From NCBI GenBank assembly GCA_000934665.2, contig JYFJ02004480.1, positions 1 through 32,124 of the forward strand: DNA of 32,124 bases, given 5' to 3'. How positions within the stretch are numbered: position 1 is the stretch's first letter; each line of letters opens with the position of its first letter. Both the position numbers and the translations under genes were made by a program. This document shows, in pieces, positions 1 through 12,528 of this stretch. The stretch is from Catajapyx aquilonaris (Eukaryota). Below the pieces are notes generated by a model. It was given only the letters and a program-made list of their open reading frames with translations. It ran no database searches and was not told the origin of the DNA.

Positions 1-135
1 CTGAGCGCACCCGTTCCTTGTCTATGAACCCCCTCTAGAGGGCGTTTCCGGACACAGGAACCTATGTCAAAAATACTTGTCTTGGTCCCCTCTATTACCC
101 CTGAAAGTCTTTGCAGAGTTACAATAAACACCCTG

Positions 136-259
136 TATATGCCAAATTGTTTCATATCCCCGGGGTATGAAACAATTTGTCGTATACCTAGGTATAGTGC
201 TATATACGACAAGTTGTTTCATACCCCGGGGGTATGAAACAATTTGGAGTATATAGTAC
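136..259. repeat. Doubled hairpin unit (TTGTTTCATA-CCCCGGGG-TATGAAACAA) ending ATAGTAC
   Basis: Two tandem palindromic units. They adjoin a Tc1/mariner-like end (CACCCTG-TA, ~129-137). Confidence 0.8.
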
Positions 260-1193
260 CTCACTATGAGTTGAGAATGGGCATATGTAGATGATAAGAA
301 GTCACAACTTGTTTAAAGTAACTTAAACCAAAAATTTGAAATTAAACCAGGTTGAAACAAACGTTTTTTTTAAATACTGTTTTTTCCCAACCCTGTTAAT
401 AACTAGAATGACAATCAACCCGGGGACACCCCCTTCATCTCGTGCAGAGTTCTCGGGTTGTCTCTGGCTTCGTTTCGGGTGGTATTTCCGACAGACTAAG
501 CCACCCAGGGGAGCTCACAAAATGACTTTACTAGTCGATGCACTGCACCTTGCACATCCCCTCCCAGTCCCCCTGCCCATAGGCCCGGGCGCTTCTAACA
601 TGGCCTAAGGTTCTATCGGACTTTAATCGATGGCGTATATGAGCAATGTCTCTCCCCAAATACCCCGTAAAGGGTGGCAAGGAGCATTACAAAAAAGAAA
701 AAAAAAAGAAAAAAAAACCTTTGACGGCAGGGTTTTTTTTGGGGCAATTTTTTTCTTTTCTTGATAAACATTTGTAGTAGGAGTGATATTAATGAAAAAC
801 AATATGCTCCAATATTTATCGTTGCAACTCGTGGTGGTCCTTTTGAATGTAAAATGCCAAAAAAATTCATCTACTATAAAATTGTTACTATGGTTACAAA
901 TATAATAATACTAAAACACTGTAGGTACTATGAGAAATTCCTAAGAGTCCAAACTTACGGTACACCCTGTTCTGACGCTGTGGGAGGGGGTATGTTTAGC
1001 TCACGCTGGGAGGCAGAAAAACTGATTAGCATACACTATGGTAGTTGAGCCCCCTTCCACGAGGTGGTCCTCAAACTGCGCCATTTCCGTCTAAAGTCTG
1101 GCGCATCCGGTTCAAAAACACGCAGACCGCAGGATCTCATATGAGCACGTAGCCCTCAAAGGGTTAATTATGGCAAATAAACACAAGACTCAC

Positions 1194-4100
1194 CTTGACA
1201 TCTGTGCTGTTGGTGTCTCGGATGATCCTGAGCTTGACATGGTCAAACTCTCTTCTGTCCGCACTGAGCTGTGCCAGTTTGCTGAACCTCTCTGAAAGTG
1301 ACATTCTTGGCTGCACCTCTTCCAAATCATCATCCTCTTCCTCAGCACTTGAGCTGGATGACAAGGTACTGTCCGTGTCTGAATCTATTGAAACTGTTGG
1401 ACTGCGACGCCCATTCTGTAGTTGTCGGACTGCAGGTGCCACCATTTTCTTACCCTTATTGCGGCGGCGCTTTCCTTTCCCAACTGCAACTGTGCGTGAC
1501 AACTCCTTTCCTTTGGATGCAGGTGCCTTTGGCTGTGGCTTAGGCTTAGGCTTTGCCTTCACTTTCATCTTTGATGGCACTGGCTTTAATTTAGCAGGAA
1601 CCAACTTGGGCTTGACAGGTGTTGCAGCCTTGCTGACTTGAACACGTCCTGACACACCACTTGAAACAGATGATGACCGACATGTTGAGCAGCTCAGTGA
1701 GGTTCCAGTTGACGAGACTGACCGCGAACGCGACCACGACCGACGTTGTGTTCGGCGACTTGCAGTTGGAGGAGGTGGAACTGGTGGTGGGGGTGATCTA
1801 CGGCGTGCAATGTTTGACCTTTCACGGGATGGGGTGCGATGACCACGACGTACGTTGTTGGTCACAACATGGCCACTACCATGACGAGATTGATCACGTT
1901 GTGATGGGGGAGGTGTCCGGTTACGTGAGCGACTGCGATTACGAACACGAGCAACAGGACGCCCACGGCCATGGCTGTGACTCCGGCTGCGACTGCGGCT
2001 GCGGGCAGGTGCTCCACCAGTCCCCAACTCAGAGCGATACATCTCCTTGAAACCACTATGGCGCCATCTAGGGAGGAGATTAACAGACTATATCCACATC
2101 ACCTTTAAAAATTTCTTAATGCAAACTCAAGAAGTGTACAACCATCATAAAAATTCAGTCACTTTGAAAAACCATCTCTATGTGCGTCCCAACTTTATGT
2201 TTACTTACAACCAAAGTAACTCTTCTTACCCTCCTGAATTTTGAAAATTTTTGGATTTTCTAATTCTGCTTGGCCTATAGTGTTGAGAAAACATCACCTC
2301 CGCTGCTAATTTACACGTTAGCAGGGTGAAAATACAGCCAAAAGGCTATATTCCGAAGCCACAACACCTGTATCCAGTTGCGAGTCGCCGATTCCGGCTG
2401 CCCGGTCCCAGTCGCCTTTCACCACGTCAGTAGATTTGAAGTCGAAAGCGATTATAATACTGGAGAGCCTTGGAGTCCTGGCTCTCCATTATTATAATCG
2501 CCTTCAACTTCAAAGTGTGCGAGATGGCCCTTCTCCTTCGCGGCACCAGAGAGAGCTACAGACGCGGTGAAAGGTGACCACGACCAAGCAGCCGGGACCG
2601 GCGACTCGCAACTGGATACAGGTGTTGTGGCTTCGGAATATAGCCTTTTGGCTGTATTTTCACCCTCCTAACGTGGAATTTAGCAGTGGAGGTGATGTTT
2701 TCTCAACACTATAGGCCAAGCAGAATTAGAAAATCCAAAAATTTCCAAAATTCAGGAGGGTAAGAAGAGTTACTTTGGTAGTTAGTGTAAAGGGTGAAAT
2801 AACGTGAAAATGACAAGCATTTTTGCATACATGGGATTCTATGCTTGCAGTAAATGCTAGTTCAACAACTGTCAGCTGCTGCTCTATTTCAGCCTTGAGG
2901 GGATAGAAGTCAAATCAGGCTTTGTGGGGGTCGCTCAAGTGAGTGGCCATATTGGTTAGCCTCATTGATGGCACAGAAGGACAGTCTTTTATAATACTCA
3001 GGTCTGGTCACTCCCCTCTTATCGCGTTTACGGGGTTGACGGGGGTGGCAATGTGGTAGGAGGCCACGATAGCACTGATAAGTGCAGTGGCTGCTGAAGT
3101 GCTTGCCGCGATGCTAAGCGGGGCTCCTTTGCACTTAATAGAAGACATGGTAGATTTCTACCATCACTTCTATTAAATGCATATTTTCCCGCTAGGTTCG
3201 CAGCAAGGGCTGCAGCAGTTCAGTGCAGCAGTTCAGTGCTGCAGCAGCCTCAAAATGCATTACCACCCCGTCCACCCCTAGAAGGGGGATCTATATGGAG
3301 CTGGGGTATGAGTGTCAGGGGACTGCACAGAAGAGAAGTCTACAGAGTAACAGGTGAATTCAGCATAAGATACGATACAAGTGGTGTGATGAAATACAAT
3401 ATCCATTACACTTCACCCCTGCTTCACTTATCGATAATACTTTCTTTAAAAATACTTTTTGTTAATATGTGTTGGGGGGGAAGGTGTGGTGGCCGAGATG
3501 GTAACGTCTCAGCTTGCTGTGTGGAAGGTCCTGGGTTCGATCCCCGCCCGGGAGTTCCCTTCTGCCTGCGTCAGTGGGTCTCGGGCCTGCGCCTAAGAAG
3601 GTGTCTTGGCAACCTAGCCTTCTGGGGGACTCCACATGACCCATTTCCAACAATGCACTTGCACCTGTGTCCCCTCCCCAAAAATCCCTATCCTTACCCC
3701 ATTTCCGTACTTCCCTGCATGGAGAATTTAGAAAAAGTATAAAAAATTCTCGAAAACTGATGGTGGTATGCCACCCCCCCTATAACAACTTAAAGTTGTA
3801 TCACGGGGTAAAATAAATTTAAATAAATAACAAAAAAAATTAAAAAATTAAAATTATGTGTGTTGGGGTGGGGTGCCATCACCTGCCTTGCCCTGCAACG
3901 TAACATGTGGTTCCCGGTCAGTGAACTAGGGAATGTGGTTTCAGGGCATGAAGAACATGCTCGTCTTGATAGCATCTTTCAACCACTCGAAACCAAAAGA
4001 TAGATTACCACTCCCTCTAAATTCCTTCAAAATACCATCCCCACACTCGGGAAAGTATGTATGCATTCCTGTTTTGCCCTCTATCCTCACTTGAAATGGC

Positions 4101-4563
4101 ACCTTTAGGTATGAAGTCGCTTGCCCAAGCTTAAAATGAGCAGCTGCATGATAATGTTTTCAGCCCACAAGTTGGGCTGGCAGCACTTCTGATTATTATG
4201 AGACATGCGCCACAACAAATTAGCAATTATGTACCTAGTGGGGTCCTTTTCCTCTGCTTCAAGCAGCCTCTTAGTCCAATAGCTGCCCTGAGAAGCACCC
4301 TCCTTCCTGGCTTTCTTCATAACTTTATCCAGTTCCCGCTTCTTCGTCCCACTGTCCACTGATGATGAGGAAGCATCCATTAGGGCATGCAGGCAATCAT
4401 CACAATGAAATGAACAACAGTATCAATTACTATCCAACAAACAACCTTGTCTCTCTTTGGTCCTGCTTGCTCTGACCGGGGAGTACGCGTCCATTCGGAG
4501 CCTTGCGGAGGATCCACCGGTGGACCTCCTTCGGCTAGCTGGACTTGCTGAAGAGCGGGGCAT
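1194..4563 (-). CDS. NKAPD1: NKAPD1 (C11orf57)-like RS/K-rich nuclear protein, partial. Exons 4563-4446, 4358-4235, 2067-1194; continues past a donor at 1193
   Basis: GT-AG junctions keep frame (phases 1, 2, 0). The spliced product reads ...SYWTKRLLEAEEKDPTR|WRHSGFKEMYRSEL..., matching the recalled human NKAPD1 core ([30 protein letters not shown]), followed by RS-rich and K-rich low-complexity regions. An alternative in-frame ATG lies at 4614. The next exon was not located. Confidence 0.75.
2211..2778. mobile_element. Fold-back MITE with ~215-bp near-perfect inverted arms and an internal hairpin (~2435-2514)
   Basis: CCAAAGTAACTCTTCTTACCCTCCTGAATTTT... at 2211 is mirrored at 2778. Confidence 0.9.
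3474..3853 (+). mobile_element. tRNA-derived SINE family A, diverged copy
   Basis: A box TGGCCGAGATGG, B box GGTTCGATCCC, body shared with the copies at 6948, 16181 and 19948, and an A-rich tail. Confidence 0.85.
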
Positions 4564-4619
4564 GGTACCTCCCTCTAGTTCGCCTGACCTGTCAACCTGA
4601 CGTGAATGGGTCATGGAGA

Positions 4620-5456
4620 GTTGTACCGAGTCATTGGCCTGCGAAAGTAATGGGCCGCCGCGGCTCCCTAAGGCACTGACTTACCAACGATACGCCTGTA
4701 CCGATCTAAGCAGACCGCGCGAACGGGGTGACGGGGCAAATTCCGAACATCAAATTCAGCCTGTCATGGTACCGGCGCGTTGCAGGCTGCAACACCGACA
4801 ATCACGTACGGCTCAGAAAAGACCGTCGTACTATCTCCGTAACTAGGGCTAGGGGTGTTGACGGCCTTGACGCTTCTGTACATGGTCGCTCCGAGTCGCT
4901 GCTAACGAGAGCAGCCATCATGGAGCTCGAATGCCAGCCATTCCTTGACGGTCATTTCCGCTCATGCCTGGAAAAAAGGGTGGGTTGCGGTGGGTTGGCG
5001 TTTGCAGAAGGCCATATTTGAACTCCAATGGGTGTTAGCCAATCAATGCGCTTAACTATTCCACGTGACAGGAAATTGCCTTTTATTTCATCCCGTGTGA
5101 TCATAAAATTTTTATAGAATCCATTTATGAAACTCCAGTTTTAATATCAAAATCCAGTATAAATATGCCGATATTGATACTGTGCAAGGCGGCACAAGGC
5201 TATTTGAAAACGGCCATATTGTGAGTCTCAGCCAATGACGCTCGGGTCTATCCTGCCACCCTCTCGAGGAAGACTGTGGAAGTAACCATCATCTCTCCAA
5301 TCGGTTCCATTGCTGGTTGTAGGCCTGCTGTGGTGTGTGGTGAGAGTCACATGTGCGGCGAAGCCGTTCTTCCCGGCGGTTCCATTCATATATCCACTGC
5401 GGTGAAGCTTCGCAAGCCTTAAATTCCATCAGGACAGGCTCCTTCGAGTCGGAGTA
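4620..5456. promoter_or_regulatory. Putative bidirectional promoter and 5' UTRs between the NKAPD1-like gene and TOMM40
   Basis: Divergent start codons ~0.9 kb apart. The region is CpG-rich relative to the gene bodies, with CCAAT boxes (AGCCAATC ~5037, AGCCAATG ~5230) and an E-box CACGTGAC at ~5062. Confidence 0.6.
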
Positions 5457-8400
5457 ATGGGGAACGTACTAGCGACCAGTCCGATGGCTCCTCCGCCGCC
5501 GCCACCTCCGCCTCCTCCATCGCTTTCAGGGGTCAGTCTTTCGTCTTCGTCGACCCCAGGACAAGCCTCTGGACTAGGTGCCACTGCAGGTCAGCAGGAC
5601 TCGTCTGCAGGCGGTCTTGACGACTCAGGCCATCCAGGAACCATGGAGGACTTGCACAAAAAGTGTAAAGGTGGGTCATGAGGAAGTTTTTAAACTACAC
5701 CAGTTGAATACTCCAAGTGTTTGAGTAGTGTGTACCTAGCCAGATTGGAAGGAAGAGAGGGCACTCTGGAAATCAGCATGAACATGGAGATAAAATTGTT
5801 ACATAAAAAGGAAAGTTCTTTTCATTGCAGATGTGACACTGTACCAAATATATTTTTGCTTGATGGGGCTGTAACTTATCTGCAATAATGACTACATTTA
5901 CTCTTCGATTCACATAAGAGTGAACCTTTTTTGATATGCATACGCCTGAGGGGTCGGTGAACCGCCCAAAAGTAGTGCCTAACATGCCAGGCCCTACCGC
6001 TCTCCACAACAAAATGTGCAGTTTGTGTAGCGCTGCAGCTACCACATGGGCTGCCCATGATAATTAGGCATTTGAATTACATGTACTATGGGCGCCAAAA
6101 GAATTGACCGGAGTTGATGGGTATATAGCGCCATTTACCCATCAACTCCGGTCAATTCTTTTGGCGCCCATAGTACCAGCACTGTATCTTCAAGAAAGCC
6201 AGAGATACCAGGGACTAATTTTGCAGCGCGGCGGCTCACCGACCCCTCAGGCACATGAGTATCTAAAAAGGGTCACACATATGTGATTCAGAGTGTACAT
6301 GTCACTAAGAAACTTTGTATTCCAAGTTCTGGACTGTGAAATTTAAGAACTCAGAACCAACTTCCTGAGTCCTCATTTACGGAGTGCCCAGGCACGAGCT
6401 ACAATTCGGTATAAGTAGGGACTAAGCCTATGCCTGATTGGTCCCATTGGGTCCCATACATGATCTGAGAATACTCATGTCTGGTCACTCCCACTTATCA
6501 CCTGCCAGGGCGTTTTGCATGAGGTGCTCACTTGAGAGCGCCATGAGACAGCTTTTCACTGCTGGATTATGTGGTGACCCTTCTGGACTACGCTGAACTT
6601 TATAGGTACAAAAGGGAAGCCGCTACATGCAGGCCCAACATGGCCGCCGGCGACCAAGTTGGGTCCCCCAATGTAGCGCTTCCCTTTTGTACCTATAAAG
6701 TTCAGCGTAGTCAGGTAGGGTCGCCACGTAATCCAGCAGTGAAGGTCTCATGGCGCTCTCAGGTGAGCACCCCATGCAAAACGCCCCGGCAGGCGATAAG
6801 ATAAGACTATAGGGGTAGTGTCCGTGGGCTGGTCCCATACATGCAGTACGTGCTGTCATTGGGTAGCAGGGTCTGACTGGATCTTTTCTCCACTAGCTCC
6901 AAATGCGGGTTTTTGATGTGTAACATGCTAACAGGTCAATTATTATTATGGGGGAGGTGTGGTGGCCGTGATGGTAAAGTCACGGCTTGCTGAGTGAAAG
7001 GCCCAGGTTCGATCCCCGCCTGGGGAACTTTCCTTTCACCTGCGTCAGGAGGGTCTCTGACCTGCACCAAGGAGGTGTCTGGCAACCTAACCTGCTGGGG
7101 GACAGCACATGACCCATTTGTAGACATTGCACTTGCACCTATGTTCCCTCCCCAATAAATCCCTATCCTTACCCCATGTCCTTTCGTCCTTGCACCGGAG
7201 TTGGAAGAAAACATAGAAAATCGAACGAAAAATGGTGGTGTCCCACTCCCCTATAAGGGCCTATAGCCCTATAACGGGGTAACATGGAAAAAAAAAGGGT
7301 CAATTATTATTTCAACTTAGAATCCTAGCAGTAAGAAAGCCAAGAGCATGTTCCAGCATGAGGAATCCCAGGTTTCTATGACATGTAAACATCATTAATA
7401 AAAGCTATATATCTTTTGTTATGAGGCACAATATAGAACCTTGTGTGAATCCAAATTGTGAAGGTAATGCTGCATATGAACGTTGCTCTCATTGCATGCA
7501 GCCAACAATATGTATATCCAAAGTAGTTTAAATCATTTACACACCGGAAGTAATATTACAACTCAAGTTGTATTTTGATGATTCTTATACCACTAAAATG
7601 TATATTTTTCAGATATCTTTCCTGTCAACTTTGAAGGCGGGAAGCTAATGATCAACAAGGGCCTGAACAACCACTTCCAAATTTCCCATACACTAAACAT
7701 GGGCTCCATAACTCCCTGTGGGTACCGGTTTGGAGCTACGTATGTTGGGAACAAGCAGTTTGGGGCGGAATCCTTTCCAGTGCTTCTTGGAGACATTGAT
7801 CCATCAGGAAATGTCAATGCAAATGTCTACTACCAGTGGACTGACAATATCAAGTCAAGATTTGTGTCACAGGTAAATTTCGGTCTACTACTATTTAGTT
7901 AAGAAAGTAGAGTGAAACATTACCACTGATTATTGAATTTAAGTAATATTTGGCTAATGAAAACATAAGAATGTTGTCTGCACTGTAACTGGAGTCCAGG
8001 GATCAGCTGCTTCTGGCTGATGTATGTCATTGCATGTTGGTAATCAGGAAGTTACAATCGCCTTCCTCATTGTTTGGAAGGTGCAAGCCAAGTCAATCTT
8101 GCATATACGTGATGGTCCAAGTAGAAAGAACCACTGCTAGCAAAAATTCTTCTTATTTAGCTGATTTTTGTAGTCATAATAAATTATTTGGTTATTTGTA
8201 GTATTTAAAAATTACCGCTTACCCATTCTCATGTGGCCAATGCCTATTTATTATCTGGTAACCCACTTTTCTGCCATAAATATAAGTGAGCCATGCAGGA
8301 TATGCAATGTGTTACATAATGCTGCTAGGAACACTAGTCCTCACCCTTCTCTCTTGCACATGTTATTCAACAAAAAATAAACACTTCTCACTCTTTACTT

Positions 8401-10105
8401 TCTCAGATTCAGAACAACCGTTTCCAGAGTACCCAATTGACTACTGACTACAGAGGAAAGGACTACACTGCGTCAGTATCGTTAGCCAACATTGATATTG
8501 TGACTGAGTCTGGGTTGGGAATTATACAATACCTGCAGTCAGTAACTAAAAAGCTTGACCTTGGAGCTGAGATCATTTACCATTGTGGGCCACATGTCCC
8601 AGGAAGGGAAATGGCCATCATGAGTGGAGCCATTAGATATACAGGTAATATACAGTACATCCTAATATGTTTGGCTAAGGGCCAGTTGTATAAATATTAG
8701 TTTATGGGTAATTCTGAAGGTAGTCTACATGGGTGGTATTTAGAGTCAACACTCTAATATGAACTAAGGGCACTCTGGAGCAGAGTTTCTCAACTGTGGT
8801 TCTGCAGAACCTTAGGGTTCCAAGAGCAATTGCCAGGAGTTCCTCGAGAAATAGTGATAACACTATGTACCTAAAACCAGTGTGGGCGACAGAAGACCAA
8901 CCAATGTCAAAGTCCTGGAGAACTTTCCACCCACGTTTTTCTAACCTACATAATGCCACTTTAGTAAATATAGGCCTAAGTAATCATCTGCAGGGCCTCT
9001 ATTAGGTGCCCAGTTTTGGTTTTGGTCCAGCAACATGTCTCTCAACCATTATTTTGACAACTTCTCCAGACGCAGTGCCTCGGAAACCTTTCCATCGCAT
9101 CTCCTTACAGAAAGCTCTGCATGCTCCGACCATGTTGTTTTATTGTCATAAACATCCATGGAGATGGCCATTACCCATAGATGATGAACAATAGTTGGTT
9201 TGGTCCAGAAATATGTCTCAGGACTGTACACTCCCACATGCAGCTAGATAAGCAGAGCTCAGTGGAGCCGCCACACTCCACAGCCCAGCACTAGACTTGA
9301 AATGAGTCACAAGTGAGGGAATCGGTGCACATTACATTGGTAGGGCTGATCAGTGGTTCAAAATATATTATTGTGAGGATCATTCCAAAGCTGGACTAAT
9401 GCCGTGGCACTTCCTGACACTGAAATGCCCTAATAGTGCCTTGATTTGCTGCTGAAATCCACTATGCTTTCATTGCTTACCAGGTGACTGATGACATAAT
9501 GAGTAATGGTAGTGGGGGAGGCTGGGGTAGTGTGGGTCGGAGGGTGCATTGCTTCTCTGTAACCGTATCAAAATGTGTGGAAAAGGCAATTTTATTGCAG
9601 AACATTTCCCTTTTGGATACTAGGGACCCATGTGGCCACATTCTGCAAATTACCTCCTAATTTTTAAATTCTGGAGACAGTGGCCCCTTAATGCAGCATA
9701 CTTCTGTTAATTCATTCTCAGCCTTGGACTATGTGATAAGTTCGTCTCTGGGCATGGATGGTGTTCATGCTTGCTTCTACCAGAAGTGTAGTGATCAGCT
9801 TCAAGTTGGAGTAGAGCTTGAAGCAGGTTTTCGCCTGAGGGAAGTTACTGCCAGCCTAGGGTATCTCATTGATATACCGAAAGCAAATGCAACATTCAAA
9901 GGTATGTAGTTGCAGCAACAAAATAATATGATATTTTAGGGATGTCACACGTTGTTCTTCCACAGGCATGGTGGATTCCAATTGGACCATTGGAGCTGTC
10001 CTAGAAAAGAAGCTGCTCCCTCTCCCCTTCACCTTCATGCTGAGTGGAATGCTTAATCACAGCAAAAATCAGTTTCGGTTAGGTGCTGGCCTCATCATAG
10101 GCTAG
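5457..10105 (+). CDS. TOMM40: Mitochondrial import receptor subunit TOM40. Exons 5457-5670, 7613-7872, 8407-8644, 9722-9901, 9966-10105 (343 aa)
   Basis: Pro-rich N-terminus MGNVLA..., then [48 protein letters not shown], and the C-terminus [21 protein letters not shown]...[10 protein letters not shown]. All introns are GT-AG and the exons sum to 1032 nt in frame. Confidence 0.97.
6083..6176. repeat. Perfect 41-bp-arm hairpin with GTACTAT...ATAGTAC ends
   Basis: 6083-6123 is the exact reverse complement of 6136-6176. Confidence 0.92.
6494..6800. repeat. ~305-bp fold-back palindrome (probable MITE)
   Basis: Arms CTTATCACCTGCC...GCTACAT and ATGTAGC...GGCAGGCGATAAG. Confidence 0.85.
6948..7297 (+). 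mobile_element. tRNA-derived SINE family A
   Basis: A/B boxes, poly-A tail and a 14-bp TSD GGTCAATTATTATT (6934-6947, 7298-7311). Confidence 0.92.
8781..8825. mobile_element. hAT (Charlie/MER5-like) terminal fragment
   Basis: CAGAGTTTCTCAACTGTGGTTCTGCAGAACCTTAGGGTTCC resembles Charlie-type ends. No partner end was found. Confidence 0.45.
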
Positions 10106-11242
10106 TCAATCTTTGTGTGACCCACCAAGTATCACCCTGCTCCACTGTACTTGCCAGCAACTGACATTTAATCTGTGTACATAGCAGAGGAGGAAAAATG
10201 GTGATTAAGTGTGGAGTGTAAAAGGGTGTGGAATTTTATTTTTAATTGTCCGAAACAAATATATTGAATTGTAGTGTTAAAAACTACATACATTGTTTGG
10301 TGTCTGCACTAGCAATTGATTTTTGTAATGAATGACATTAAATGCATGGTCATGCCACTTAGTACAGAAAACACTTGTGTAAAATGCTCTTAAAATGCCA
10401 TATCTTGATTCATTGTTGTTACAATATCACTGTCTTTGTCCCTTACCTTATTATCATCACCCTTTGATCCATTATTAATGGGGGTAAGCAGCAAAAATAC
10501 AATAGCGCAGTTTGTAGGGAACTTCATGTTTTTGTTGCGAAAGGCGTAGTTAATCTTGAAAGACATGAACTAGGTGCCCAGCTCAAAGGTTTGCCCTTGT
10601 CAATGGTACCATAATTGACATGATTGCATTAAAATTGTGGACATGTGGCCTCATAAATGTGTCCAATTTTCTCGTGATTCCTGCTGCCATGTTATTCAAA
10701 TAACATTTTGGGAACGCCATTTTTCGCTCACTTAAACTCGCCGTAAAGGTAATTTCAAGGCCGAAAATGGAAAAGGACGAACTAGGTGGCCTACGCCAAA
10801 TCATGTACTTTTTTTGGTGCAATTTCGGAGTCGATTGAACCATTTTTGCAGCTGTACAGAGAGTATGTTTTCTGGAAAGAAGGTGGTTGTAGAAGGGGCT
10901 GGGTTTGGGGGGGGGGGGGGGGGGNCACATTTATGGAGACATGTTTAGGGGTTTGCAATTGGTAAAAGTTTGGAATCCAATAATTCGGGTGTTTCAACCC
11001 ATCATAACGAGTTTCATAATACTTTTCTTTATTCACCTTGGAAAGTATGGGTCCCTTGTCACACCATGTATACTTAGCAATACAGGGTGATCTGAAATAT
11101 TGTTGGATTGCTGTGGCTATCTTTGGCACTAACCTGCATAATTTAAAAAGTTACTTTTAATTGCTATCAAAAGCAATAGCTACTAATATTAGGTTGTGTG
11201 GACCAATCTTTTTAACAAACCTGACACGAGATGACAGTAATC

Positions 11243-11490
11243 GAGGGGCTCCCAACAAGAGTAGTTCAAGTCACAAAATGTTGCTTCCAAGAAAACGGGA
11301 CTTAAAGTTAATGATATACTGAAGTCATATCTGATCAAATATGAATCTTTGCGGTTCAAGTCATCCCGGAATTTTTCTGCACAACAACCAGTATTGGAAG
11401 TGAAAGATGGTATTGCGACGATTCCAATGGTATATATAACTTTTTATTTTTATTTTTTGTCACTTGAACCGCTCTTGTTGGAAGCTCCTC
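11243..11490. mobile_element. Sola2-like MITE
   Basis: About 36-bp TIR GAGG[G/A]GCT[C/T]CCAACAAGAG..GTTCAAGT.ACAAAA with GAG...CTC termini and a 4-bp TSD AATC/AATT. Confidence 0.8.
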
Positions 11491-12056
11491 AATTGTTCCA
11501 AGGGGCCATTTCTATTCGGAAATAATTTGCAGTGCAGAGCTTGAATGGGTGGATACTTTCCATTTTCACAAAATCCGTGAGATTCCTGATATCGTTGACA
11601 GCTGCAGAAATCAAATAAGTGGTGAAAGTCGAGCACCTTTTTTTACCCCACATGCTCACACTGAGAAACGCTAGGTGCAAAAAAATATTTTGATGAGTAG
11701 GGCCTACTACTTTCACAGTTGATTAATAATTTTATATACTCAAGTATTATATTCTTGGTCATTCTAAGTTATTTTATTCACTTTGCACCAGCTTTCTGTG
11801 CCAATCTGAATCTTTCCTGCCCCTTCTAACCATATCACTCTTTATTTCGAGTTTTCGGGGCAACCTGTATTTTAAAATGTTGTCATCAATTTCTCCTGCA
11901 CCCCTACCCTCAAACCTTCACCTACCTCTTCATCAGTGCACATTGTGCATATTCTGGAAGCTGATAACGCTATCAATGGGATGGTGCATGTCACTTTGGC
12001 CCTTTCACATATTCGATTTTTTGATATCAAATCAATTAATAGGAAGTGATTCATTA

Positions 12057-12528
12057 GGCCACGTTTACATGTGAGCGATTTGATCACCAATGTGCGGTGA
12101 TGCTCATCGTTGACCGATGAGCATTGTAGCGGTTCTGACGTCATTAGCAAGCAATAGCTCTTTTACATCGCGTATGCATTTACAAGGAAGCGATTTGCAT
12201 TGCTACGGCATCGCCCGCGCAAAGGCCTGTGGGAATGTTGAATCAGACGTCAACAGTCTGATGTCTTCCTGTCACAATATGCCACAGTGTGCTTCTCCCT
12301 CATTGTTCGATTTGGTTCATTTGGTTTGTCTATGAACATGGATACACAGTGATTTGCAGCGATTTTAACATCGCCATCATCTATTTCAAACAGACGTGAG
12401 CAATGTCATCATGTTGCCCTCCCTTCTTAAATGCGATTGCTACTTTCGGCCCAAATCACTGCTTTCATTGCTCAATGATGCTCATCGCCGCACATTGCTG
12501 ATCAAGTTGCTCACATGTGAATGTGGCA
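12057..12528. mobile_element. PIF/Harbinger-like MITE
   Basis: TIR GGCCACGTTTACATGTGAGC... of ~60 bp and a 3-bp TTA TSD on both sides. Confidence 0.85.

Noticed and set aside
1195..2050. Plus-strand ORFs of 148 and 129 aa
   Set aside because: They are antisense shadows of the low-complexity NKAPD1-like exon.
3236..3742. 168-aa ORF, and similar ORFs at 6936, 16363, 19826 and 19991
   Set aside because: They are translations of SINE sequence with no protein-family features.
10907..10925. Poly-G tract with N (also 14301-14317) as a G-quadruplex or poly-Pro coding sequence
   Set aside because: It contains ambiguous bases, so its length and sequence are probably affected by assembly artefacts.
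11221..11377. Apparent minus-strand exon with three in-frame TGA-CTT codons, suggesting selenocysteine or stop readthrough
   Set aside because: The TGA codons lie inside the Sola2-like MITE, two of them in its TGACTTGAAC repeats. Removing the MITE explains the frame without recoding.
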